This document shows positions 28,386 through 37,767 of a stretch of DNA of 64,000 bases, piece after piece. The stretch spans positions 1 to 64,000 of the forward strand of contig JBNPEG010000013.1 in NCBI GenBank assembly GCA_051117555.1. The letters run 5' to 3'. The notes below the pieces were generated by a model that was not told the origin of the DNA, did not search any database, and saw nothing but the letters and a program-made list of their open reading frames with translations. The position numbers were made by a program, and so were the translations under genes. The DNA is from Elainellaceae cyanobacterium. Its GTDB lineage: Bacteria; Cyanobacteriota; Cyanobacteriia; CAZCXK01. The stretch's first letter is position 1. Each line of letters opens with the position of its first letter.

Positions 28386-30141
28386 TCCAAAGCGAACCGC
28401 CTAGCGCTGAGTATTTGACATTTTGAATGCGATCGCGCACTGCTGACAACGAGAGGGGGTTAACCAGATAAATAAACGGCAAATAGTCTTGAGTGATGAT
28501 CTGGCTTTGGGCGTAGATCTCAGATCGCTCCTCTTCATCGAGAGTGCGCGCTGCATCCACATAAAGCTGGCCAATTTTCTCTTCCCAATCTGAAACTACT
28601 CGCCCTTCAATGGGCGGTTCTCCCGCTTGAGCAGGCTGATTAAATCGGTGCGATCGCCCATTGGGTTGCCAAACATTTGCGCCATCATTGGGTTCAACTC
28701 CCCCTGTAAAACCCAGCAAATAGCATTCCCAATCAATCGTATTCGCAAGCTTATCGATCAGCGTGCCAAACGCAATCGGATTAAAATCAACCTGAATACC
28801 GATTTTGCTCAAATCTTGCTTAATCTGCGCCCCCATCGACTCCCGAATCTTGTTCCCCGAATTTGTGATCAGCGTAAATCGCACGCGATTGCCATCGGCA
28901 TCTAGTAATTGACCGTTTGGATCATACTGGAATCCGGCATCAAGTAAGAGTGTTCTAGCTATCTCTGGGTCGTAATCATAAACGGGTAAGCCCTCGGCGG
29001 GAGGCAGATAGTAGGGGCTTTGTACAGAAATTGGCGAATTTTGTAGCTCGGCTAGCCCTTGAAACGTGTTGTTAATCATGCGCTGGCGATCGATCGCATA
29101 GGCAACTGCCTGCCGAAAATTCACCGTGTTAAACCAGCGAGATTTAATAGGGTCAACCAGGGGTACGCCATTTCGTCTGCCCTGGTTGAGATTAAAAGCA
29201 ATAAAACTCGTAGACGGAACAGGACCTCCCTCATAAATAGTGAAATCCCCTCTGCTTTCTTCACGCTTAAGCAGCGCAAAGTAGTCAGGAGAGATGCCTA
29301 ATACATCAAGTCCGCCTGAGCGAAATTGAATCACTGATGCATCAGACGATTCAACAATTTGCCAAATCAGTCGTTCGACATAGGGCATCGGGTTTCCCTG
29401 CTCATCGCGTCGCCAGTAGTGCAGATTTCGTTCAAATACTACACGCTGACTCGGCACATAACTCGCTAAACGATAAGGACCATTCGCAATAATGTCTGCC
29501 GGATCGGTGTCTGTCCCCCAGGCAGATACAAAGCGGGGGGTGCCGTCTGCGTCGAGTTCATCTACGGATCGCTGGAGCGCATGTTTGGGCAATATCTTAA
29601 TCAAACCCACTGTTCGCAGAAAGGGTGCAAATGGCTCCGGCACCGTAAATTCTACTCTCCGATCATCGAGGCTGCGAACCTTGGGGAGTTCTTGAGATTC
29701 TCCGATTCTCAACACATCCCGTGCACTCGATGGAATGGCTTCATTAAAAAGCAGATCGTTGTAAGTAAACTCAACATCTGCGGCAGTGAGTGGCTCTCCA
29801 TCCGACCATTTCAATCCGTCTCGCAGGGTAAACGTAATCCGGAGATCGTCATCCGAAATCTCCCAGCTTTCTGCGAGGGCGGGTTCAATATCAGCCGTTA
29901 GCCCATTCTCCTCGACAAGCCCGTCATAGATGAGGCTAAACACGTTCGGCGCTGTGGTGTTGAGAACGTAATTAAATGTTTCAGGATCGCTGAGCGTACT
30001 GGTCACAATTTGAGGAGGCTGCGCCGCTCGTCCTGTAAATTGAGCTGTGTTGCATGCCCCAATGGCGATCGCCGCTATAGGAACCAGCATCCAATACAGC
30101 CATCGCTGCCGCAATCCACGAATGATAGTCAGCTTAAACAC
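28351..30141 (-). CDS. ABC transporter substrate-binding lipoprotein, family 5 (paralog 1)
   Basis: Lipobox AIGAC, SDPETFN, LRDGLKWSDGE. The GTG start overlaps the queF stop (TAGTG), with an AAGGAG RBS. Confidence 0.93.
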   Translation of the reverse strand: MFKLTIIRGLRQRWLYWMLVPIAAIAIGACNTAQFTGRAAQPPQIVTSTLSDPETFNYVLNTTAPNVFSLIYDGLVEENGLTADIEPALAESWEISDDDLRITFTLRDGLKWSDGEPLTAADVEFTYNDLLFNEAIPSSARDVLRIGESQELPKVRSLDDRRVEFTVPEPFAPFLRTVGLIKILPKHALQRSVDELDADGTPRFVSAWGTDTDPADIIANGPYRLASYVPSQRVVFERNLHYWRRDEQGNPMPYVERLIWQIVESSDASVIQFRSGGLDVLGISPDYFALLKREESRGDFTIYEGGPVPSTSFIAFNLNQGRRNGVPLVDPIKSRWFNTVNFRQAVAYAIDRQRMINNTFQGLAELQNSPISVQSPYYLPPAEGLPVYDYDPEIARTLLLDAGFQYDPNGQLLDADGNRVRFTLITNSGNKIRESMGAQIKQDLSKIGIQVDFNPIAFGTLIDKLANTIDWECYLLGFTGGVEPNDGANVWQPNGRSHRFNQPAQAGEPPIEGRVVSDWEEKIGQLYVDAARTLDEEERSEIYAQSQIITQDYLPFIYLVNPLSLSAVRDRIQNVKYSALGGSLWNVYELEIAEVD

Positions 30142-30572
30142 TAGGCTCCTTTTTGATGCTTAACCTCAATGACCGTATGAACATTCCCACGAGGCGCAAA
30201 ATCCCCTTTTACCGTCACTTCAAGCGGATCACACGCAGCTACAAAATCATCCAGAATTTGATTAACGGATTCTTCATGAGAAATGTAGCGATCGCGATAG
30301 CTGTTGATATAGAGCTTGAGTGCTTTAAGTTCGACGACGTGATTGTCAGGAATATAGCTCAGATGAATCGTTGCAAAATCTGGATAGCCTGAAAATGGGC
30401 ACTTACACGTAAATTCGGGCAACTCAATTTGAATGGTATATCGTCGCCCCATTCGAGGATTGGGAAACGTCGTTAGCGTACCTTCTGCGATCTGGCGTTC
30501 GCCGTATTTCGTTGGTGTCGGTAAATTGTCTCGCTCCGAAGAGATGTTTGACTGGGTAAATGATTGATTCAT
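30141..30572 (-). CDS. queF: NADPH-dependent 7-cyano-7-deazaguanine reductase (preQ1 synthase, type I)
   Basis: PEFTCKCPFSGYPDFA, VELKALKLY, ISHEE, PRGN. Confidence 0.95.
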   Translation of the reverse strand: MNQSFTQSNISSERDNLPTPTKYGERQIAEGTLTTFPNPRMGRRYTIQIELPEFTCKCPFSGYPDFATIHLSYIPDNHVVELKALKLYINSYRDRYISHEESVNQILDDFVAACDPLEVTVKGDFAPRGNVHTVIEVKHQKGA

Positions 30573-30855
30573 ACATTAAGACCTGTAAAACCTATGACAC
30601 GATATCAAGTCGGTCATCTTCATCCTGTTGACTCAAACCACGCTCGGCTCGAACGCTGAGCGTCTTTAAGGAACGCTATAGTGCTAGACGTAGACACGGT
30701 TGGTCAAAAGTTGTGTTGTAAATTACGGATATATAGCGATCTTAAATAGCTTGTGAATAACGAGTTAGGGCCATGTATTCGGTATGATGGCTCTAAATTT
30801 ACACCCTTTATACCCATCCAATTACTGACATTAAGCCGACATTAAACTGAAACCC

Positions 30856-31527
30856 ATGACCAACCTACCGTCTGAAACGACCCCCCACACTTCAGCAATC
30901 GGGCCTCAATCAGTTAGCGGTTCCTATGCACCTTCTGTGCCCCTTTCAGTTTATCGAGAGTTGGCAGAAGAATTGCAGACGATTAGGGCTCAGCTAGAGA
31001 CTGTAACTCAACACAATCAAACCCTGACTCAGCAGAATCAACAGCTGCATCAGCAGATTGACCAGGTGTTTCAATCGGCTCTATCCCTCCATCAACTGGT
31101 TAATGACCAAAACGAGCAAAATCAGCATGCCAAGCCGGATGAATCTGTTCTGCACGTCTCTGATGAGATTACAGAAGAACTAAAGCGAGCCCTGCTGATG
31201 CAACCTCGTGCTGCCTCCTCCCCTCCCCGGTCAGACGCCGAACGAACTGAGTCTCCAACGATCATGCTTCCGTTTAGCTCTAATGAGGCTCATGGGGCTG
31301 CGGGAGCACTTTTTATAGACGAAAAATCTCAACGCGTTGCCAACTCATCAACGTCTACGCGAAGTTTTGGAGGGCTATGGCTTAAGCTAACCATTGTCGT
31401 CATTATCATTACGGCATTTTGTACAGGGTTTGGAGTGATTTGGTTTCTTCAAAAGCAAAATACCAATACTCCATCCCCCGTTTCCCGGGCAGTCGATTCT
31501 ATTGAAGCGTCGATACGGCTGGAGTGA
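30856..31527 (+). CDS. Hypothetical coiled-coil protein with a C-terminal TM helix
   Basis: YAPSVPLSVYRELAEEL followed by a Gln-rich coiled coil; TM segment IVVIIITAFCTGFGVIW. Confidence 0.75.
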   Translation: MTNLPSETTPHTSAIGPQSVSGSYAPSVPLSVYRELAEELQTIRAQLETVTQHNQTLTQQNQQLHQQIDQVFQSALSLHQLVNDQNEQNQHAKPDESVLHVSDEITEELKRALLMQPRAASSPPRSDAERTESPTIMLPFSSNEAHGAAGALFIDEKSQRVANSSTSTRSFGGLWLKLTIVVIIITAFCTGFGVIWFLQKQNTNTPSPVSRAVDSIEASIRLE

Positions 31528-31576
31528 TTAAAGTAAAGCACGTCAAAACACGTCGACTGCGTTAGACAGAGATCGT

Positions 31577-32473
31577 TCAAAATTCTTGGCGTTCAAGCCA
31601 TCCTAAAATCAATCGATTGACCTCATTCGGGCGTTCATCATGAGGGCAATGCCCTGTATCAGGAATGCTCTCAAATGTAATGCGATCGGGGTTTTGTTGA
31701 GCCATTTCTTGATAAAGCGTCGCGCCTGTGATGGGAGTCCATGGGTCAGCCTCGCCCCACACAATAAGCAACGGTTGGTGAATGCGAGGGAGCAGCTCAG
31801 ATGGCTTTGGCCCCGGAGGAGCAGTCAGGATGGATGCAAAAACTTTGGAGGCTCCTGGGTCAGAGGCAGGCTCATAAATCAGATCGACGAGTTCATCGGT
31901 AATGGCTGAATGGTCACGATAAACCTGTTTGAGCGTTGAGCGCAATCGAGGCTTTTGACGAATGCGATCAAAGATAAATGGACCAATCACGGACGAGCTA
32001 ATCAAGCTCGTAAATGCTCCCATAATCCATCGAAGGGGTGGATTCAATTCGTCGGGGCGATGATTTAGCCCGCCTGCACAGTTTAGCAATACCCCACCCG
32101 AGGCGATCGCTGGATGATTCGCAAGCACCATCATGGCGAGCAGGCCGCCAATAGAGTTGCCCACAAAGATTGCAGGTTGGTTAACATGATCATTCCAAAA
32201 ATCTTTGAGCAGGGCTTCCCAAAGCTCTAGGTTGTAATCGAGCGGCGGCTTATCAGAATGCCCGAAGCCAAGCAAATCTAGAGCAAATACGCGATATCCC
32301 TGGCTCGCCAATATCGGGATGTTTTTGCGCCAATGCCCAATCGATGCACCAAAACCATGCACTAAGACGAGAGGTTGCCCTTCTCCGATAACGGTGTAGC
32401 GAAGCTGATGCCCCCGCCACATCCAATCAAAATTCTTAAATGCCTCAGAAGGTTGGATTTGCTGAGTAGTCAC
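31577..32473 (-). CDS. Alpha/beta-fold hydrolase
   Basis: HGFGAS, DLLGFG, GNSIGG nucleophile elbow, WGEADPW, GHCPHDE. Confidence 0.93.
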   Translation of the reverse strand: MTTQQIQPSEAFKNFDWMWRGHQLRYTVIGEGQPLVLVHGFGASIGHWRKNIPILASQGYRVFALDLLGFGHSDKPPLDYNLELWEALLKDFWNDHVNQPAIFVGNSIGGLLAMMVLANHPAIASGGVLLNCAGGLNHRPDELNPPLRWIMGAFTSLISSSVIGPFIFDRIRQKPRLRSTLKQVYRDHSAITDELVDLIYEPASDPGASKVFASILTAPPGPKPSELLPRIHQPLLIVWGEADPWTPITGATLYQEMAQQNPDRITFESIPDTGHCPHDERPNEVNRLILGWLERQEF

Positions 32474-33201
32474 GATAACGATAGTTAATTAATGTTTCTT
32501 AACTTTATAGTATGACAAAGCGGATAGAGCAATTTGCCTACCAAGCACAGACAGCCTAAATTTGTGCAAACGTCTTGCCAACGCTGGGAAAGCGATATTA
32601 ACTGGCAAACTGCTACGACTTAGGATGCGGCTTTCGCTGGGATAAACAGTTTAACCAATCCAACGCGTGAGGGCCTTCAGCAAACCCTGTTGTCTCCAGA
32701 TTCCTCATTCTCAGGGGCGACTGGGCTAGTGAAATCTCTGCCTTTGGGCGATCGCCATCAAGCCATCCACCTTGTTATCGTTGAGCCTAGACATTGACCG
32801 AGCTTTGGGTATGATTTTGGTTTAGTCGAATAATTAATAGTCGAGTAATTGACGATAGATTAATAGATTGAAATATATAGATTTAGTAGATGCCCCTGAT
32901 CTGCTGCCGCGATAATTTAGATTGGATGGCTCTGAGCCAGAGCTAATAGAATCAATGCATAGAGCGATCGCCAATAGCTGAGAAATGCACAACCCTGATT
33001 GAGCACTGGTGAATGAAATACGCTAGCGTTATTCTCAAATTCAGTATTTTTTGTAGCCGATCGCCATTCAAGACTTACTGAGATTTGCTGAATACCTAAT
33101 GAAGATCTTGCACAGGGGAGACTGCGAACAAACTATTAAATAAAGGGCAACACCGAATAAAACTACCAAAACCACTCCATATTGGATTCAGCGAGAAACT
33201 G

Positions 33202-33396
33202 CTAAGGGCTAGGGACAAGGCGAATTCGCCCTGCATCCATTTCTGACATCAGCAGTTCTAGTGCTTCATAGTCAACTTCAGAGATATAGCCAAGTCGGGT
33301 CAGCTCATAGTTGATTTCATTTTCAATATCAGGCGTGAGCTGCCTGATATGAAGAGCTTGTTCCACGAGCCGACGAATTACGCAGGTTGTTCTCAT
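33202..33396 (-). CDS. Small conserved cyanobacterial hypothetical protein
   Basis: MRTTCVIRRLVEQAL…LTPDIENEIN…SEVDYEALELLM…GRI pattern. Confidence 0.65.
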   Translation of the reverse strand: MRTTCVIRRLVEQALHIRQLTPDIENEINYELTRLGYISEVDYEALELLMSEMDAGRIRLVPSP

Positions 33397-34014
33397 TGCA
33401 AACACCGCCGTTGTTTTAACTAAGGGCGCAAGTAGCTATTCAAATTCTCGGCTGGATATTTCGTAGAAGAAGTGATCGAAGCTTGCGTAGTGAGTGATTC
33501 TAATCACAATCCCTGGATGTGGATAATTCGGAGATGGCGATTCTACTAACGTTCACTTCTTTCTACACTAGGTAAACGTAAGCTTTTCTCAACGATCTGG
33601 AGCCGAGATTTTTGATTGTCTCGTAATAGAGGCTGGTCTTCATTTACACATAATCTTCATAAATGCCTCCTAGTATAAAGCGCTCATGAAGCTGATGACC
33701 GTCGATGCAGATGAAAGGTTTCATCTTGCTGTAGCGACTTATGAATTGCATCGGACTCGTCCATAATTCGTGTACTTGTATCTCAAAACCTCAAAGATTG
33801 TTAAAAATTTCAAAAAAATTTTAGTTCTAGCGGAAGTTTTGGGTGGATTGGTATTTTCGAATACCTTATGTTTTTACAATTTACGGAAAACTTTATGTAT
33901 CGTGCTTAATAAATGAAGATCCGGCAAAGCTGAAATTAATTTCGTTGGTTGCTGGAGAGCGTGCGGTTATCGTCTAAAAATTCAAGACTGATCCGCTGTT
34001 GTCGCTAGTTCTAT

Positions 34015-34362
34015 ATGGGATCGAAGATTATGCAAAACGTTCTTGCCCACTCTCAAACGGCTGTGTTTCAACCAGCTGGGCACATTAACGCATCTAATGC
34101 AGACACGTTAGAGAATCAGCTTGTGACGGCAATTTCGTCTGGTGAGTACTCAACCGTGGTTGCGGATATGAGCCACGTTGAATCCTTAGATAGTGCTGGC
34201 TTGATGGCTCTAGTTTCAGCATTGAATCTTGCTCAGCGATCAGGGCAAGAGTTTTTCCTCTGCTGCGTTCCTCCTTCGATTCGCATTATCTTTGAGTTGA
34301 CGCAGCTCAATCAAGCATTCGAAGTTTTAGATGAGCCCCCAGCATTAGCTATTGCTGCATAG
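34015..34362 (+). CDS. STAS-domain anti-sigma-factor antagonist
   Basis: PAGHINASNA…DMSHVESLDSAGL…IRIIFELTQL. Confidence 0.9.
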   Translation: MGSKIMQNVLAHSQTAVFQPAGHINASNADTLENQLVTAISSGEYSTVVADMSHVESLDSAGLMALVSALNLAQRSGQEFFLCCVPPSIRIIFELTQLNQAFEVLDEPPALAIAA

Positions 34363-34485
34363 TTGCAATAACGAAGACTCGCTTTCAGCAGATTTCTGAG
34401 TGGATGAATAAGCTTGACATCCTTGCCGAGTAGTGGATTTTGTTTCTCCAAATGAGTGAGTTAGGACTGATTCTAATTCATAGTT

Positions 34486-34512
34486 ACTCCGCCCTAGGGT
34501 GGAGTTTTTTTT
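34486..34512 (+). terminator. Rho-independent terminator
   Basis: ACTCCGCCCTAGGGTGGAGT followed by a T run. Confidence 0.75.
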
Positions 34513-34598
34513 AGCCGATTCGCTTCAAGCTGAGTAAGCACTCGTCCCGCTATAGTGGACTCAACGACGTTGAATGATTAAAGCTGGCGATATACACC

Positions 34599-37301
34599 GT
34601 GGCAGTTGCAGTCGAAACTCTCTTAAACACCGACATTTCCCGACCTGCTCGTTATCTGGGTAACGAGCTTGGGGCAATTCATAAGCCGTGGGATTCTGCT
34701 TCAATTCGTTGGGTGCTGACGTATCCTGAAGTCTATGAGGTAGGGGCTTCAAACTTAGGACACATCATTCTCTATAGTGTCTTAAATGCACAGCCAAGAC
34801 AGTCGTGCGATCGCACCTATCTTCCTGCCCCCGACCTAAGCAGCAAGCTTCGGGAAACCCAAACGCCTTTATTTGCCGTTGAGTCTAAGCGACCGCTGAG
34901 CGATTTTGACGTTTTAGGATTTAGCCTGAGCTACGAATTGGGTGCCACCAATATTCTGGAGATGCTTAGCTTGGCTGGTATTCCGCTGACCTGGAGAGAA
35001 AGAGGCGCGTTAGGGGCTTGGCATGTCGGACACGGTAGCTTTCCCCTGATCTTTGCTGGAGGACAAACCGCAACCTCAAACCCAGAGCCATATGCAGAAT
35101 TTTTTGACTTCATTGCTCTCGGAGACGGTGAGGAGCTGCTTCCTGAAATTGGGCTAGTTCTTGAAGAGGCAAAAGCCGCGGGATTAAGTCGTGAGGATAC
35201 TTTGCTCGACCTAGCCCAGGTTCCAGGAGTCTACGTTCCTCGGTTTTATGACATGACAAACGAGGGCGCTGTGCGGCCTAATCGTCCAGATGTGCCTGAG
35301 CGCATTTTGCGGCGGGTCGCAAGCCCAATGCCCGCCTATTCTATTGGGCCTGTTCCCTATATCGAAACGGTTCACGATCGCCTCACAATCGAGGTACGCC
35401 GAGGCTGCACACGAGGGTGCCGATTCTGCCAACCGGGGATGTTGACTCGCCCCGCCCGCGACGTGGCGCCTGATGAGGTCGTCGATACGATCGAACAGGG
35501 AATGCGAGCTACGGGATACAACGAATTTTCCTTACTTTCGCTGAGCTGCTCAGACTATCTTTCCTTGCCTGCTGTTGGGTTAGAGATAAAAAATCGCCTC
35601 CAAGACGAAAACGTTTCGCTGTCTCTGCCGAGTCAACGGATCGATCGCTTTGATGAAAATATTGCCAACATTATTGGCGGAACTCGTCAGAGCAGCTTAA
35701 CGTTTGCGCCAGAGGCAGGCACTCAACGCATGCGCGATATCGTCAATAAGGGTCTCACCAATGAAGACCTGTTGCGAGGGGTTAAAACTGCCTACGAACA
35801 AGGCTGGAGCCGAGTTAAGCTCTACTTTATGATTGGGCTACCTGGCGAGACTGACGCTGATGTTGTCGGTATCGCCGAAACGATGCGCTGGCTTCAGCGG
35901 GAATGTCGGCAGAAAGGACGGAAACCTCTCAGTTTTAATATCACCATTTCAAATTTTACGCCCAAGCCTCACACGCCTTTTCAATGGCATTCTGTTTCGA
36001 CACTAGAATTTGAGCGGAAGCAACAGCTTCTCAAGGACGAATTTCGCGGAATTCGTGGCTTAAAAGCGAATTTCACTGATTTGCGTATATCGGCGATGGA
36101 GGATTTTGTAGGCCGGGGCGATCGCCGACTGTCAGCGGTCATCCGTCGCGCTTGGGAACTCGGTGCCGGGATGGATTCATGGTGGGAAAGTCAGGATCGA
36201 GCGTTTGCTGCATGGACCCAGGCGATCGCTGAATCAGAGCTTACCTGGAAATATCGCCAGATTGAAAACGGCGAATGGAATCTCTTTCAGACCGACAGCC
36301 CTCAACCTATCGCTCACCGTCCCCTCCCGTGGGATCACATCGACACTGGCATTGACAAAGAATGGCTCAAAGCCGATTTGGATCGGGCTCTAGAAGCAGC
36401 CACTGTTCCAGATTGTGCGTTTGAGGGATGTTCTCATTGTGGTGTATGTGGAACAGATTTCGGACACAACGTTGTCGCGCCACCCCCTGCTATTCCTAAT
36501 TTCAAAGGGCACTTTACACCCAATCAAGCAAGGGTTCAGCGATTACGAGTCTGGTTAGGAAAGCAGGATGAAATGGCACTGGTCAGCCATCTCGATCTTG
36601 TCCGGTTATTTGACCGGGCGGTTCGTCGAGCTGCCCTGCCGATTTCATTTACAGGTGGATTTCATCCGGGGCCTCGCATTTCTCCGGCTAACGCGTTGCC
36701 TCTGGGCGCGACAAGTTCAGGCGAGATTGTCGACTTTGAACTCACTCATCGGCTCGATCAGACTGAATTCCGTGAAAAATTATCAGCCCAACTTCCAGAC
36801 ACTATTCCAATTTATCGAATCGAGGAAGTTGAGGTGTCTTCCCCGTCCGCGACCAAGCTGCTCGAACGCGCCGAATATCTGATTACGATTTATGCCCCAG
36901 CTAACGCCCCGGCTGTTGATTCAGACTCCTCTGTTGTTTCGATTGAAGATTGGCATGCTTGGGTCGATGCCGTAATGCAGGCTGAGGTGATCGAGTATGA
37001 TCACACTACAAAATCAGGCAAAACCCGTACGGTCAATTTGCGCGATCGCCTCTTTGATCTTGAAATTATCTCTAATGTCAATAGCAGCTCCGAATCAGCC
37101 CAGACCCAGGCTTCAGCAAGTCAAGTAACACTCCGCTACGTTGGCAGTTGCCGCAATGACGGCACGTTACTCCGACCCAATCAAGTCGTGTACATGCTAG
37201 AGCAGTTAGCTCAGCACGAGTTGCAACTTGTAAGAATCCATCGAAATCGCTTGTTTTTAGCCCATGAGGTCAATTCTCAGACCCTTTTTAAGGTAATTTA
37301 A
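34599..37301 (+). CDS. TIGR03960-type B12-binding radical SAM protein fused to a TIGR03936/DUF2344 domain
   Basis: RGCTRGCRFCQ (CxxxCxxC), YPEVYEVGASNLG, and C-terminal SHLDLVRLFDRAVRRA…GGFHP. Confidence 0.9.
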   Translation: MAVAVETLLNTDISRPARYLGNELGAIHKPWDSASIRWVLTYPEVYEVGASNLGHIILYSVLNAQPRQSCDRTYLPAPDLSSKLRETQTPLFAVESKRPLSDFDVLGFSLSYELGATNILEMLSLAGIPLTWRERGALGAWHVGHGSFPLIFAGGQTATSNPEPYAEFFDFIALGDGEELLPEIGLVLEEAKAAGLSREDTLLDLAQVPGVYVPRFYDMTNEGAVRPNRPDVPERILRRVASPMPAYSIGPVPYIETVHDRLTIEVRRGCTRGCRFCQPGMLTRPARDVAPDEVVDTIEQGMRATGYNEFSLLSLSCSDYLSLPAVGLEIKNRLQDENVSLSLPSQRIDRFDENIANIIGGTRQSSLTFAPEAGTQRMRDIVNKGLTNEDLLRGVKTAYEQGWSRVKLYFMIGLPGETDADVVGIAETMRWLQRECRQKGRKPLSFNITISNFTPKPHTPFQWHSVSTLEFERKQQLLKDEFRGIRGLKANFTDLRISAMEDFVGRGDRRLSAVIRRAWELGAGMDSWWESQDRAFAAWTQAIAESELTWKYRQIENGEWNLFQTDSPQPIAHRPLPWDHIDTGIDKEWLKADLDRALEAATVPDCAFEGCSHCGVCGTDFGHNVVAPPPAIPNFKGHFTPNQARVQRLRVWLGKQDEMALVSHLDLVRLFDRAVRRAALPISFTGGFHPGPRISPANALPLGATSSGEIVDFELTHRLDQTEFREKLSAQLPDTIPIYRIEEVEVSSPSATKLLERAEYLITIYAPANAPAVDSDSSVVSIEDWHAWVDAVMQAEVIEYDHTTKSGKTRTVNLRDRLFDLEIISNVNSSSESAQTQASASQVTLRYVGSCRNDGTLLRPNQVVYMLEQLAQHELQLVRIHRNRLFLAHEVNSQTLFKVI

Positions 37302-37390
37302 AGGGGGCATTTTCCTTGAATGTGCCAAACTTAAGGAAATTTCACCTCGATAAATTTCTGATTCCTACTGGCGGTATGGGCTCTCCGCGC

Positions 37391-37396
37391 TATAAT
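37391..37396 (+). promoter_or_regulatory. Candidate -10 box for rne, implying a ~360-nt leader
   Basis: Perfect TATAAT in the rne upstream region. Not experimentally supported here. Confidence 0.4.
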
Positions 37397-37767
37397 GCTT
37401 TTCATAGAGAAGCTTCTGTCTATCGAGAGTCATGAGGATTGGTGATTGCTCGATGGCAATGATTACTAATTAGGTGAAGCTTGCTTCTGTAGGGTTTTTC
37501 CAATGAGTCTGGCTAGGTTTATGCTTGACTTTTCAAGGGCAAGTGTTCTAGCTAGAAAGTAACGATAAATAACGATCGATAAGCATTACATCTGCATGTC
37601 ATTAGTCTGAATGGATGATGTTTCAGTTCATAGATCCCAGGATAGGAGTAGCTTCGTTGCCTCCACAGTGGGTCAAGGATTTTCACCAATGTAGTCTTGC
37701 AGGTCAGCCAAGCGGGCAGGATGGAATGGTTCCCGCCCCTGACACTGTCAATATTTGAGGAAGTTGA

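Noticed and set aside
30573..30855. preQ1 riboswitch upstream of queF
   Set aside because: I could not find the stem plus A-rich tail consensus by eye; an Rfam scan would be needed.
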